A DNA stretch of 57,995 bases, the filler included, from an uncultured Synergistales bacterium (GTDB lineage: Bacteria; Synergistota; Synergistia; Synergistales; Aminobacteriaceae): NCBI GenBank assembly GCA_937897575.1. It is 5 parts of 5 records of this genome, joined end to end, with 100 filler letters (N's around TTAATTAATTAA, not from the genome) between each part and the next. Parts side by side here need not be neighbours in the genome. Positions count along the whole stretch, not along the records: positions 1 to 17,614 come from CALCQG010000157.1; 4 more parts are not named here. One strand, 5' to 3'. The notes under the pieces were generated by a model that did not search any database, was not told the origin of the DNA, and worked only from the letters and a program-made list of their open reading frames with translations. Of this stretch, positions 1 to 9,413 are shown in pieces; positions within the stretch are counted from its first letter, which is position 1, and every line of letters begins with the position of its first letter. The position numbers and the translations under genes were made by a program.

Positions 1-598
1 AGGAGGCCGAGACGCCGAGGGGCACGCCGAAGATGCCGTCCGTCCTGAGGTACTGGAAGGGGGCCATCTCCGAGAGGGGGAACCCTCCGTGGGCGAGGAC
101 TCCGGGGAAGTACTGGCCGAAGATGCCGTAGATCAAGGCGATGATGGCGACGATGGGCAGAGGCCACCCCATGGAGCGCCGTCCGGCCTCGATGACGAGA
201 ATGATCATCATGGTTCCGAGGTAGATATCGGACTGGGTGGGCATCCCTTCCCGCATGGCGATGGCGTCCCAGTTTAGAAGGATGTTGAGGCATCCTATCG
301 CGAGGAGGATGGCGAAGACCCAGTCCCAGAGGTCGATCTTGTTTTTCGGACGGGATTTCGTCGTGGGGTAGAGGAGGAAGATCAGGACCCCCATGAACAT
401 CCAGTGTATGGCGCGCTGGTACATGGCGGGCAGCAGGCCGAAGGCCGCCGTGTAGAGGTGGAAGAGGGATGCGGAGAGGGCTATGGACGCGACGACCCAG
501 TACTGCCACCCCGTGAGCTTTCGTTTGCCGCCTTCGACGAGGTCCTCCGGCGAGGGGAGGGTCTCCTGAGGAATTTTCTTTTCGTCTTCTGTCGTCAT
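1..598 (-). CDS. TRAP transporter fused permease (TAXI-type, 4TM/12TM), runs off the window start
   Basis: Not in the ORF track. Manual translation from ATG 598 (GGAGGT RBS upstream) gives MTTEDEKKIP...LFHLYTAAFGLLPAMYQRAIHW...EAGRRSMGWPLPIVA...GIFGVPLGVSAS; lies downstream of a TAXI binding protein. Confidence 0.88.
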   Translation of the reverse strand, partial: MTTEDEKKIPQETLPSPEDLVEGGKRKLTGWQYWVVASIALSASLFHLYTAAFGLLPAMYQRAIHWMFMGVLIFLLYPTTKSRPKNKIDLWDWVFAILLAIGCLNILLNWDAIAMREGMPTQSDIYLGTMMIILVIEAGRRSMGWPLPIVAIIALIYGIFGQYFPGVLAHGGFPLSEMAPFQYLRTDGIFGVPLGVSAS

Positions 599-657
599 GG
601 ACGTACCTCCAGTGAAAGATGAGCTGATAAGCTAGGGAGCTGCGGCAATTCCGATAA

Positions 658-688
658 AGCCCCGGCCGTCGCGGTGACAGCCGGGGCT
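658..688 (-). terminator. Intercistronic hairpin between TAXI binding protein and permease
   Basis: AGCCCCGGC...GCCGGGGCT inverted repeat with a short T run on the minus strand. Confidence 0.55.
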
Positions 689-707
689 CCGTACCCTTGA
701 TGCCTCG

Positions 708-1658
708 TTACTTCATCTGCACGCCCTGCTCTTTGAAGTACCTCTGCGCGCCGGAGACGAAATCCGTGATGCCGATGCTCGCCTCTTCAGGCACGAAGTG
801 GACGGCCTGCTGCGTGATGGTCATGAACTTCTCGCGGTTTTCGATGAGGGTCTTTGCGAGGTTGTAGGACAGCAGATCGTCCATGTCGCTCTTCACCACG
901 AGGTAGTTGCTGTCGGCCACGGTGAGGACGTCCTCCTTGATGCTCTCGTAGGTGCCGGCCTTGATGGTGTGGGGAAGGAGGAAGGGGTTTTCCGCGACGA
1001 TCTTCTTGACGAGCTCCTCATCGAGGGGGATCATGACGACCTTTCTCTGAGCCGCCACTTCCAGCACCGCGGAGCCCGGGGCGGCGAAGTTCCAGAACAC
1101 GGCGTCCACGTTGCCGTCCTTCAGCGCCATGACGCCCTCGGGCTGGGTGAGCTGCTGTTTCTGGATGTCCTTCTCGGGGTCGATCCCCGCCGCTTTGAGG
1201 ATCATGAGGGTGAGGATCTGGTCACCGCCGCCGGGGGCTCCCAGGGAGACCTTCTTCCCCTTGATGTCTTCGAGCTTCGTGATTCCGCTGCCCTCCACGG
1301 TGACGAGGTGCTGAGGGGCGGGGTACATGTTCATGAGGATCTGCAGGGGAAGCTTGCCGTCTGGCTGGAAGGCCTCGATCCCGTTGATGGCCTGGTAGAG
1401 CGTGGAGCCCATGGACATCCCGATCTGCGCCCGTCCGCTCGCCACGAGGCGGCAGTTTTCACGAGACGCCGACGTGGACCGCGACGTCGCCTTCACATCG
1501 ATCCCTGCATTGGAGAGCACCTCCGCCATGGCGCCTCCGAGGGGGTAGTACGTCCCGCCCACGCCGCCGCTTCCGATGGTGACGAAGGTGGCCGCGAAGG
1601 CCGCCGTGGCTGCGAAGAGCGCGACGACAAGAGCTGCTGCGATGAAGCTTTTCTTCAT
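708..1658 (-). CDS. TAXI-family TRAP transporter solute-binding protein
   Basis: Signal peptide; TIGSGGVGGTYYPLGG and SLGAPGGG motifs. Confidence 0.92.
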   Translation of the reverse strand: MKKSFIAAALVVALFAATAAFAATFVTIGSGGVGGTYYPLGGAMAEVLSNAGIDVKATSRSTSASRENCRLVASGRAQIGMSMGSTLYQAINGIEAFQPDGKLPLQILMNMYPAPQHLVTVEGSGITKLEDIKGKKVSLGAPGGGDQILTLMILKAAGIDPEKDIQKQQLTQPEGVMALKDGNVDAVFWNFAAPGSAVLEVAAQRKVVMIPLDEELVKKIVAENPFLLPHTIKAGTYESIKEDVLTVADSNYLVVKSDMDDLLSYNLAKTLIENREKFMTITQQAVHFVPEEASIGITDFVSGAQRYFKEQGVQMK

Positions 1659-1698
1659 AGTCTTTTCCCTCCTTGAATGATGGTCTCGTCTCTTCCGA

Positions 1699-3045
1699 CT
1701 ACTGCTTCAGAACCTTCACGGACGCCTTGAGGCCCTCTGCAAGGCGCCCTACCATGGTCTCTATCTCCTCTTTCGTGGAGACAAGAGGGGGGCCGAAGAG
1801 GAACTGGTCGCCCGCCACCCCGCTGATCTGTCCCGTGCCGGGGTAGACTACGAGTCCCTTCTTCATGCACTCCTCGGTCACGACAGCCGCCGCTTTCCTG
1901 GAGGCCGGGAAGGGCTCCTTCGTCTTCTGATCCGCCACGATCTCCACGCCTCGCATAAGCCCCATGCCGCGGACCTGCCCGACGATGGGGATCTCCTCGA
2001 GCGCCGGGGCCATCGTATCGAACAGCTTGCCCATCTTGGCGGCGTTCTCGATGACCTTGTGCTTCTTCATGTACCGGATGGTGGCCGTCACCGCCGCTGC
2101 GGAGACGGGGTTGCCGTTGTAGGTGTGTCCGTGCTGGAAGGCGCCGCTCTTGTCCCGTATGGTCTCCGCGATCTCCTTCTTCACGATCATGGCGCCTACG
2201 GGGGCATACCCTCCGGCGATCGCCTTGGCGGAGCACATGATGTCCGGGGTGACGTTCCAGTGCTGCGTGCAGAACGCCTTGCCCGTCCTGCCCATGCCGC
2301 ACATGACCTCGTCGGCCACGAGGAGGACGTCGTACTTGGTGCAGATCTCCCGGACGATGGGCCAGTACTCCTTGGGTGGGTGCAGCCCGCCCACGGTGGA
2401 TCCGACCACGGGCTCGGCGAAGAACGCCGCCACCGTCTCGGGTCCCAGGCGCAGGATCTCCATCTCGAGGGTTCTGGCGCAGGCCACGTCGCAGGAGGGG
2501 TACTTCAGGTTCAGCGGGCAGCGGTAGCAGTAGTGGGCGCATATCTTGGGGTTCTCCTTGAACAGGGGGGAGAACGTCCTCCTTCTCCCCATGCTGCCTC
2601 CGAGGCCCATGGTCCCCACCGTGCTGCCGTGGTAGGAGTTCCAGCGCGCGATGATCTCCCGCTTGCCCGACCCGTTCCCGTCCCGTTCGACGAAGTACTG
2701 GCGGGCCATCTTCATGGCCGACTCGATGGCCTCGCTGCCTCCGCTCACGAACCAGACGTAGTCGAGCCCTTTCTGGGCCAGGGAGGCCACCTCCGCGGCC
2801 GCCTCGACGGTGACGTCGTTGCTCCACCGCGACGGGTGGGCGAACTCCATGACGAGGAGCTGCTGGTATATGGCGTCGGCGATCTCCTTGACGCCGTGCC
2901 CTATGCTCGAGAGAAGAGCGCCGCTGCATCCGTCCATATAGGCCTTTCCCTCGTCATCGTAGATATAGACGCCCTCTCCTCGAACGGCTTTCCGCACTTT
3001 GGCCGTGAAACTGCGGGGTATCAGGTGCCCTGAATCCATGTGCAC
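1699..3045 (-). CDS. Class-III PLP-dependent aminotransferase (omega-amino acid type)
   Basis: GEGVYIYD, SGGSEAIE, SYHGST, LLVADEVMCGMGRTG, PDIMCSAK (PLP lysine), HGHTY; start may be ATG 3039. Confidence 0.92.
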   Translation of the reverse strand: MHMDSGHLIPRSFTAKVRKAVRGEGVYIYDDEGKAYMDGCSGALLSSIGHGVKEIADAIYQQLLVMEFAHPSRWSNDVTVEAAAEVASLAQKGLDYVWFVSGGSEAIESAMKMARQYFVERDGNGSGKREIIARWNSYHGSTVGTMGLGGSMGRRRTFSPLFKENPKICAHYCYRCPLNLKYPSCDVACARTLEMEILRLGPETVAAFFAEPVVGSTVGGLHPPKEYWPIVREICTKYDVLLVADEVMCGMGRTGKAFCTQHWNVTPDIMCSAKAIAGGYAPVGAMIVKKEIAETIRDKSGAFQHGHTYNGNPVSAAAVTATIRYMKKHKVIENAAKMGKLFDTMAPALEEIPIVGQVRGMGLMRGVEIVADQKTKEPFPASRKAAAVVTEECMKKGLVVYPGTGQISGVAGDQFLFGPPLVSTKEEIETMVGRLAEGLKASVKVLKQ

Positions 3046-3217
3046 ATCATCTCCTCTTTCGTAGAGTTATTGACGGGTTTTCGGTCCCGTCGCCCTTTGC
3101 TCGTCTCTCTCCCCCTTCGTCTCATCCTATCCGCCCACTGTCTGCCGGGTATCCGCTGTTCTTCGTAAAAGTCTGCCCTGCGCCCGGACGCGCCGGGCAG
3201 CTCCCGAAAAAAGTTCA

Positions 3218-4054
3218 TCAGGACGGCTCGTAGATACCGTCCTCCTTCCAGTGTTTTTCGAGGGTTTCCAGTTTTTCCGTCATCTTCGGCCCCAGGGCCT
3301 CGGCCACGCTGAGGATGATGCAGTTGAGAAGGCTCATGGGGGCTGCGAAGGAGTCGATGAAGGAGATCGGCTGATAGGGGACGGAAAGCGTGTATTGCGG
3401 GTCGGCCGCGAGAGGGTTCAGGCCGTCGCTTGTCAGGGCGGCTGTGGTGAGGCCGAGCTCCTTCGCGACGCCGAGAGTTCGGACCGTCCAAGTGGAGAAT
3501 CGGGGAAAGCTGATGCCGAAGACGACGCTCCCTTTCGGGGCGTTGGAGAGCATTTCGAAGGGGATGTCCGTGCGGAGTATGTGCACGTTGGGGAGGATCC
3601 AGGAGAGGTAGAAGGCGAGGTAGTAGGCGAGGGAGTGGGAGCTTCGGTACCCCGCGATGTACACGGCGGGGGCCTCGGCGAGGAGTTTCCCCGCCCTTTT
3701 GAGGCTCTCCGACGGCAGGGCGGCCTGGGCCCGGGCAAGGGTGTCCATGTCCTTCTGAATGGCCCGCTCGAAGAGCCCGTTCCCCTGGGGAGCGGCGTAC
3801 TCGGCCAGCCTCCTGAGGGTGGAGAGCCGGTCCATAAGGAACGTGGTCATGGCCGTATAGAACTCCTGATACCCCGAGAACCCGAGAAACCGGGCGAAGC
3901 GGATCACCGTGGCCTCGCTGACGCCCACGCGCTCCGCGAGCTGCTTCGCCGTGAGGAACACGGCGTCCTCCGGCGTGCCGAGGACGTATTCGGCAATCCG
4001 CAGCTGGCTCGCGGTCATTTCTTTTGTCCGGGACGTGATTCGCTCTTTGAACAT
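3218..4054 (-). CDS. RpiR/MurR-family transcriptional regulator
   Basis: HTH LAERVGVSEATVIRFARFLGFSGY plus SIS domain; start moved to ATG 4054 after GGAGGCGGAGG. Confidence 0.9.
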   Translation of the reverse strand: MFKERITSRTKEMTASQLRIAEYVLGTPEDAVFLTAKQLAERVGVSEATVIRFARFLGFSGYQEFYTAMTTFLMDRLSTLRRLAEYAAPQGNGLFERAIQKDMDTLARAQAALPSESLKRAGKLLAEAPAVYIAGYRSSHSLAYYLAFYLSWILPNVHILRTDIPFEMLSNAPKGSVVFGISFPRFSTWTVRTLGVAKELGLTTAALTSDGLNPLAADPQYTLSVPYQPISFIDSFAAPMSLLNCIILSVAEALGPKMTEKLETLEKHWKEDGIYEPS

Positions 4055-4126
4055 CCTCCGCCTCCAGTTCTTATGCACACTCACAACAGGACGAGGGAAG
4101 GAAAAACGACATGGTGCGTTTATTTA

Positions 4127-4173
4127 TGAAGCAATTCCTTCAAAGAGTACCCCATCTCCGGTCCTGTTGTCAA
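4127..4173 (-). promoter_or_regulatory. Putative sigma70 promoter and TGAAG-N6-CTTCA operator upstream of rpiR
   Basis: Minus strand TTGACA (4173-4168), 18 nt, TACTCT; inverted repeat at 4127-4142. Confidence 0.4.
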
Positions 4174-4485
4174 ATTTGCGATACAATCGGAAACCGGCGA
4201 ACCGTCGTGGAGGCGTGCGGTGAGGGCGAAAAAGTCGACTCGTCCGCGTCCGGATGTCGAGCCAGCACACTGGAACGCCGAATGCGCCCTGTCCGGCCTC
4301 CCGAATCTCCGCCCACCGCGCGCTCACTGCGTGTACGGACCTATGGCACCGGGCGCCGTTGCAAAAAAATGCCTGATGGGCCATAATATCCAATTACACA
4401 GGCAGAGCACGATGTACGGGGCCCCGGGGTGTACCGAGGCCTCGGCGTTATTGCGGAGTATTTCACCGAAGAGGAGGCGGCAGCT

Positions 4486-4740
4486 TTGAGTCAGGCCTTT
4501 ATCAAGGAGGACGAAGACCGGCTGGATTATCTCGAATGGCAGAAGCTGCTCCGTGACAGGGAGGAGCTGCTGAGGCTCCTCGAGAAGAAAGCGGCGTACG
4601 TGAAGGACGACCCCGAGGCGAAGAAGATTCCCGCGAAGAAACGCCGGGAGATGGTGGAGCGATTTCAGAGAGAGGCGGAGGAGGTTCGTGCCCTTCTCGA
4701 CGAAATGATGAAGGACGAGCGGAGCCGTACGGCCCCCTGA
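4486..4740 (+). CDS. Small charged helical hypothetical protein (84 aa)
   Basis: GAGGAGG RBS 8 nt before TTG 4486 (MSQAFIKEDEDRLDYLEW...); followed by a strong terminator. Confidence 0.7.
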   Translation: MSQAFIKEDEDRLDYLEWQKLLRDREELLRLLEKKAAYVKDDPEAKKIPAKKRREMVERFQREAEEVRALLDEMMKDERSRTAP

Positions 4741-4751
4741 TAGATTGCTGG

Positions 4752-4783
4752 AAAATCCGGGGGACGCCGTCCCCCGGATTTTT
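4752..4783 (+). terminator. Rho-independent terminator
   Basis: AAAATCCGGGGGAC-gcc-GTCCCCCGGATTTT plus T. Confidence 0.85.
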
Positions 4784-4896
4784 GCATGGCCTCGGCGCTC
4801 GACGCCGGCGGACCGGCCGACAGGGGCTCGAAAGGCCGCATGGCGAAGAACCCTGTGCGGCCAGATGGAGTGGTGTGCTGTGAAGGAGTGTTGAGC

Positions 4897-5766
4897 ATGG
4901 CTCTTCAGTTTTCTTCCCTTTGACTGGAACGACGCGACGAGTACCGTCGCCTCTACGATCTCTGCCCGAGGAAGTCCACCGCCTACTCCTTCGGAACTCT
5001 CTGGAGCTGGCGAGGGGTCCGCGATTTTCGGTGGGCCTTCGACGACGGCCTCTGTTGGATACGGGCCGGCAATCAGCTCTGGAGCCCCGTGGGGCCCTGG
5101 GAGGAGGTCCCATGGGAGGAGGTTCTGCCGCGGCACTTCCCCGACGGGGCGAAGTTCCTGTTTGCCCCCGACGGCTTCGCCGAGGTCCTTGCCCGATCGC
5201 TCGGCCCCTCCGTGGTCTGCATCGAGGACAGGGACCAGTGGGAGTACATCCACTCCGTCCAGGAGCTCACCGCACTGAAGGGCAACCGTTTTTCCCGCAA
5301 GAGAAGCCATATCCAGCAGTTTGTGAAGAAACACCCCTTCACGTACCGCTCCATACGCGAACGCGACGCCGAACCCCTTCTGGAGTGTCAGCGCCTCTGG
5401 ATGGCCGAGCATGCCCCTTCGCCGCAGCTTGAAATGGAGAACGAGGCGATCGGCGAGATGCTGGCGCAGTGGCGGAATATCCCGGGCCTGCTGGGGGGCC
5501 TGCTCGACGTGGGGGGGCGGGTCGTCGCCTATACCGTCGCCGAAGTCCTCTCGTCGGACACGATCATGATCCACTTCGAGAAGGCTCTCCTTGCGTATAA
5601 CGGGGCCTACCAGGCGATCAACAGGATGTTTCTTGCGAATGACTGCGCGTCCTTTTCCACGGTGAATCGCGAGGAAGACCTCGGCGAACAGGGGATGAGA
5701 GTCGCCAAGATGTCCTATAACCCGATAGGATTCCTGCGAAAATATATCGTCACCTGGACGCCGTGA
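4897..5766 (+). pseudogene. DUF2156 / phosphatidylglycerol lysyltransferase C-terminal-like protein with an in-frame TGA at codon 9
   Basis: AAGGAG RBS, ATG 4897, MALQFSSL*LERRDEY...YSFGTLWSW in frame with ORF 5089-5766 (LKGNRFSRKRSHI, IHFEKA, GAYQAIN, NREEDLGEQGMRVAKMSYNP); TGA at 4921-4923. Confidence 0.75.
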
Positions 5767-6093
5767 ATCTTGCGGCGGAGCGCGGCGGATACGTTGTGCC
5801 GACAGGTGATACAATGGCAAGTATCCCATGGACGGATCGTCTCGATGGGAACGGTCGTACTTTCGCCTCGTATACGGAAGGGGGGATAAAGCGGTCTTGG
5901 CGGAGCACGGGAACACCACCTCACCATGGATCAGAAGGGGTGCGCCCGACAACTCCCTGAAAGCGGGCAGCGACCCGGGGTGATACGCAAGTGAACCGGA
6001 TGCGGTGCGCAGTGCGTTGCCGCATAAGGAAGATCACGCGGACAACGGCTCGGATGCGCATCGGAAGCACGTATACGGTCAAGGAGGGATATC

Positions 6094-7356
6094 ATGAGTT
6101 TCTTGCAGAACTTCGGACTTACGAACTCGGCGGATATGGTAACGGGGATGTTGATGCTCATCATGATCTGCTATGCACTGGGAGATATCGCATCCTACAA
6201 GACGAAAGCCGTCTTCTCGATGATCTTCGTCACAGGTTTTATCTTTTTGTTCGGCTTCTGGTACGGATTCCCTGCGACGATCTTCAAGGATACGGCCCTT
6301 CAGTCCTATGCAGTAGTCAGCCTTCCCTTCATCCTCGTTCACATGGGGACCATGATGAAGCTGAAGGACATCAAACAGGAGTGGAAAACGGTCCTCATCG
6401 CCTTCTTCGGTCTGATCGGCCTCTCTATCGGGCTGTTCTTCATCGCCGGCCCCATCCTCGGAAAGGTGATGGCTCTGACGGCGGCCGGTCCGATCTCGGG
6501 AGGGATCGTGGCGACGATCATCGTGCAGGACGCTGCGAAAGCCGTCGGCGCGGAGAACCTCGTGGTCTTCGCAACGCTCCTTCTGGTCCTGCAGAACTTC
6601 GTTGGCCTGCCCATCGCGTCCATGTGCCTGAAGATCGAGGGAAACCGTCTTTTGACGAAGCACCGTTCCGGCGAGGCTGAGGCGGTGACCCAAGCCGTGA
6701 AGAGCGACCCGGAGGTTCCGACCTGGAAACTCTTCCCGGCAACGCCGAAACCCCTTCGCACCCCCTTCGTCCTTCTGGCGAAGACGGCCATCGTCTCATG
6801 GGTCGCCCTGCTGGCCGCGCAGTATCTCAACGGGATGGCCGTCAACGCGGGGATGCCCTATCTCCAGATCCATAAATTCGTCATGGCGCTCATCATGGGC
6901 ATCCTGTTCTATGAGACGGGATTCCTCGAGTACAAGGTGCTGAGCAAGGCGAACGCCGAGGGGTACGCCATGTTCTTCTGTCTGATCCTCGTGTTCGTCA
7001 GCCTCCCCCAGGCGACGCCCGAGATGGTCCGCTCCCTCGTGTACCCCCTCGTCGTGGCCTTCGGTGTCTCGTTGATCGGCATCGTCATCTCGACCTTCAT
7101 TATGTCGAAGATCCTGCGGTGCAGCTGGGCCATCGCCACGGCCATAGCCGTGACGTGCCTCTTCGGTTTCCCCGGGACGTTCATCGTCACGGACGAGGTG
7201 ACCACGGCCATAGCCAAGACGCCTGAGGAAAAGGAGTATGCCATGTCCAAGCTGCTTCCGAAGATGCTCGTGGGCGGGTTCACCACGGTGACCATTGGCT
7301 CCGTCATCCTCGCGGGGTTCCTCGGGCAGATCATCATGGCGGTGGGAGGCAAATAA
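6094..7356 (+). CDS. Polytopic membrane protein, probable secondary transporter of unknown substrate
   Basis: AAGGAGG RBS; about a dozen hydrophobic segments; GPISGGIVA and LFGFPGT motifs. Confidence 0.75.
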   Translation: MSFLQNFGLTNSADMVTGMLMLIMICYALGDIASYKTKAVFSMIFVTGFIFLFGFWYGFPATIFKDTALQSYAVVSLPFILVHMGTMMKLKDIKQEWKTVLIAFFGLIGLSIGLFFIAGPILGKVMALTAAGPISGGIVATIIVQDAAKAVGAENLVVFATLLLVLQNFVGLPIASMCLKIEGNRLLTKHRSGEAEAVTQAVKSDPEVPTWKLFPATPKPLRTPFVLLAKTAIVSWVALLAAQYLNGMAVNAGMPYLQIHKFVMALIMGILFYETGFLEYKVLSKANAEGYAMFFCLILVFVSLPQATPEMVRSLVYPLVVAFGVSLIGIVISTFIMSKILRCSWAIATAIAVTCLFGFPGTFIVTDEVTTAIAKTPEEKEYAMSKLLPKMLVGGFTTVTIGSVILAGFLGQIIMAVGGK

Positions 7357-7385
7357 CTTCTCCCGTCGCGTCATAGGAGTTCAGC

Positions 7386-7429
7386 AAACAGGAGAAGCGC
7401 CCACGACGTCGTGGGCGCTTCTCCTGTTT
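7386..7429. terminator. Bidirectional terminator (perfect 44-bp palindrome)
   Basis: AAACAGGAGAAGCGCCCACGAC|GTCGTGGGCGCTTCTCCTGTTT between convergent genes. Confidence 0.85.
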
Positions 7430-7477
7430 TCATCTGTACGACGCAGAGGCCAAGAGGGAAGACGTCGCGTTCTTCTC

Positions 7478-8257
7478 TCAGCGGCCCTCGGAGAGGAGGT
7501 CGGAGTACTCCACGGAACGATACTGCCGGTAGTCCTTTCCGGGCACGTGGATGGCATTTGGGGGGCAGAAGGCCATGCAGCGCTGGCACGAGACGCATCG
7601 ATCGCCGAAGGCGGGGTACTCCGTCATGGTGATGTTGCGGACCGGACAGAGCCGGGCGCATTTTCCGCAGCGGATGCACTTCTTCCGCTCGACGGCCAGG
7701 GGGTAGAGGCGGGCCATGAGCCTCCAGGGCCATCGGCTCTTCGACAATCTGTGGAAGAGGGGGGACAAGGGGGAGTCCGCCCTCCAGGACGCCGATCCGT
7801 CGAGAAGGGCCCGGGCGAAGGCATCCGCTTCCTCTCTCATGCGGGCAATGATCGGACGATCTTTCTCCTCGGAGGTTGATTTTCTCCCGTAGTTGCCGGG
7901 CATGATGAAATCCTTTCTGCCCAGAAGCCGGTAGCCCTTGCGCGAAAGGACGGCCTTCATCGCTCGGCCGAGCCCTCCGGCCATGCCGCCCATGGTGCAC
8001 AGAAAAAAGGCCCCGCGGCCGTTCCCCTCGGGCATGGAGTCGAGGATCTCCCACAGGAAGGGGTAGGTCGAGAAGCAAGCGACGGGAACGGCTATGCCGA
8101 GGGCCGCCTCTTCGTCACATGGGCCGAACCCCTTCTCCAGACGCTCCAGGCGAACCGTTTTTCCAGCCCTCCGCAGCCCTTCGGCCACGGCTCTCGACGC
8201 GAGAAGCGTGTTGCCCGTGCCTGTGAAGAAGAAGATATCGACGGCTCGTTCGTCCAT
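7478..8257 (-). CDS. EFR1-family flavodoxin / 2x[4Fe-4S] ferredoxin fusion
   Basis: FFTGTGNT flavodoxin loop, MPGNY, CIRCGKCARLCP and CVSCQRCMAFCP. Confidence 0.9.
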   Translation of the reverse strand: MDERAVDIFFFTGTGNTLLASRAVAEGLRRAGKTVRLERLEKGFGPCDEEAALGIAVPVACFSTYPFLWEILDSMPEGNGRGAFFLCTMGGMAGGLGRAMKAVLSRKGYRLLGRKDFIMPGNYGRKSTSEEKDRPIIARMREEADAFARALLDGSASWRADSPLSPLFHRLSKSRWPWRLMARLYPLAVERKKCIRCGKCARLCPVRNITMTEYPAFGDRCVSCQRCMAFCPPNAIHVPGKDYRQYRSVEYSDLLSEGR

Positions 8258-8450
8258 GGATGATCACCCCCCGCGTAGTATATCAGCTTCCCCGACAGGC
8301 CGGCACGACCCCTCCATAGAGTACAATACGGACAACGGAGCGGAATGCGCGGGAGGAGGTCCTCGTACCGCGCAGGTGTTTTCTGCGGCGAGGGGTACGG
8401 GGCCTGCCCCCTTCGGGTTCGATGAATCGGAAAGACGAGGAGTGATGACG

Positions 8451-9413
8451 ATGAAGAGCGTTGCGTTCGTAGGTATAGGCGGCGTCGGAGGGTACTACGG
8501 CGCCATGGTGGCGCGCCGGTGCACGGAGGAGGGCGAGGGGCGCGTCGTCTTCGTGGCGAGAGGGGAGCACCTCAGCGCCATCCGGGAGCGTGGCCTTCAG
8601 GTGTACGCAGCCGACGAGGAGTTCACGGTGCGCCCCACCTTCGTCACAGACCGGCCGAGTGAGGCGGGGGTCATGGATCTCGTCGTCTTCGCCGTCAAGG
8701 GGTATGCTCTGGAGGAGGCCGCGAGGGACGCCATCCCCCTTGTGGGCCCCGAGACCGTTGTCCTGCCCCTGTTGAACGGTGTGGACAACGGGGAAATCCT
8801 CTCCCGGATACTGGCCTGCGGCCGCGTGGGCAACGGGTGCGTCTACATATCGGCCCGCAGGGAGGGGCCGGGCGTGATCCGGCAGACGGGAGGGAGCCGC
8901 AAGCTCTTCTTCGGTCCCCTGTCGGGGGACAGGGCGCCCTTTCTCGCCGTGGAGCAGTTCCTCCGCCGCTGCGGCATCGATGCGACCCTCGCCGATCCGA
9001 TCGGCGAGGCGGTCTGGACCAAGTTCATCTTCATGTCCCCCATGGCAGGGGTGACCTCCCTGTGGGGCAAGACCTTCGGCGAGGTCCTCGCACAGGAGGA
9101 GAGCCTCTCCATGGCGGAGGGGATGATGAGGGAGATTCGCTCACTGGCCCAAGAAAAACGTATCGCCCTGCCGGAGGACATCGTGGAGCAATCCCTGGCG
9201 AAGGCGCGCGCCTTCCCGCCGGATACGAAGTCGTCCATGCAGCTGGACTGCGAAAAAGGAAGCCCCACGGAGATCGAGACCTTCCTGGGGTACGTGGTTC
9301 GGGAGGGCGATCGTCTCGGGCTGGACGTGCACCTCACCCGCGGCGTCTACGATGCGCTGAAGCTCCGCTCGGATCAGCCCTGCGTCTCGGAGCAGGAGGG
9401 GCACCGCCCGTAG
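8451..9413 (+). CDS. panE: Ketopantoate reductase (2-dehydropantoate 2-reductase) family
   Basis: GIGGVGGYYG Rossmann motif, FAVKGY, LLNG, VWTKF, KSSMQLD, TEIE; GAGGAG RBS 8 nt before ATG 8451. Confidence 0.85.
   Translation: MKSVAFVGIGGVGGYYGAMVARRCTEEGEGRVVFVARGEHLSAIRERGLQVYAADEEFTVRPTFVTDRPSEAGVMDLVVFAVKGYALEEAARDAIPLVGPETVVLPLLNGVDNGEILSRILACGRVGNGCVYISARREGPGVIRQTGGSRKLFFGPLSGDRAPFLAVEQFLRRCGIDATLADPIGEAVWTKFIFMSPMAGVTSLWGKTFGEVLAQEESLSMAEGMMREIRSLAQEKRIALPEDIVEQSLAKARAFPPDTKSSMQLDCEKGSPTEIETFLGYVVREGDRLGLDVHLTRGVYDALKLRSDQPCVSEQEGHRP

Noticed and set aside
5880..5990. Assignment to a known riboswitch (c-di-AMP, ZTP, TPP, ykkC)
   Set aside because: Only short fragments (GGGAAC, GGGGUG) match and the other conserved elements are missing; kept only as an unassigned leader.
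7386..7429. Perfect 44-bp palindrome as a MITE/REP element
   Set aside because: Seen only once, with A/T tails between convergent genes; a bidirectional terminator explains it.
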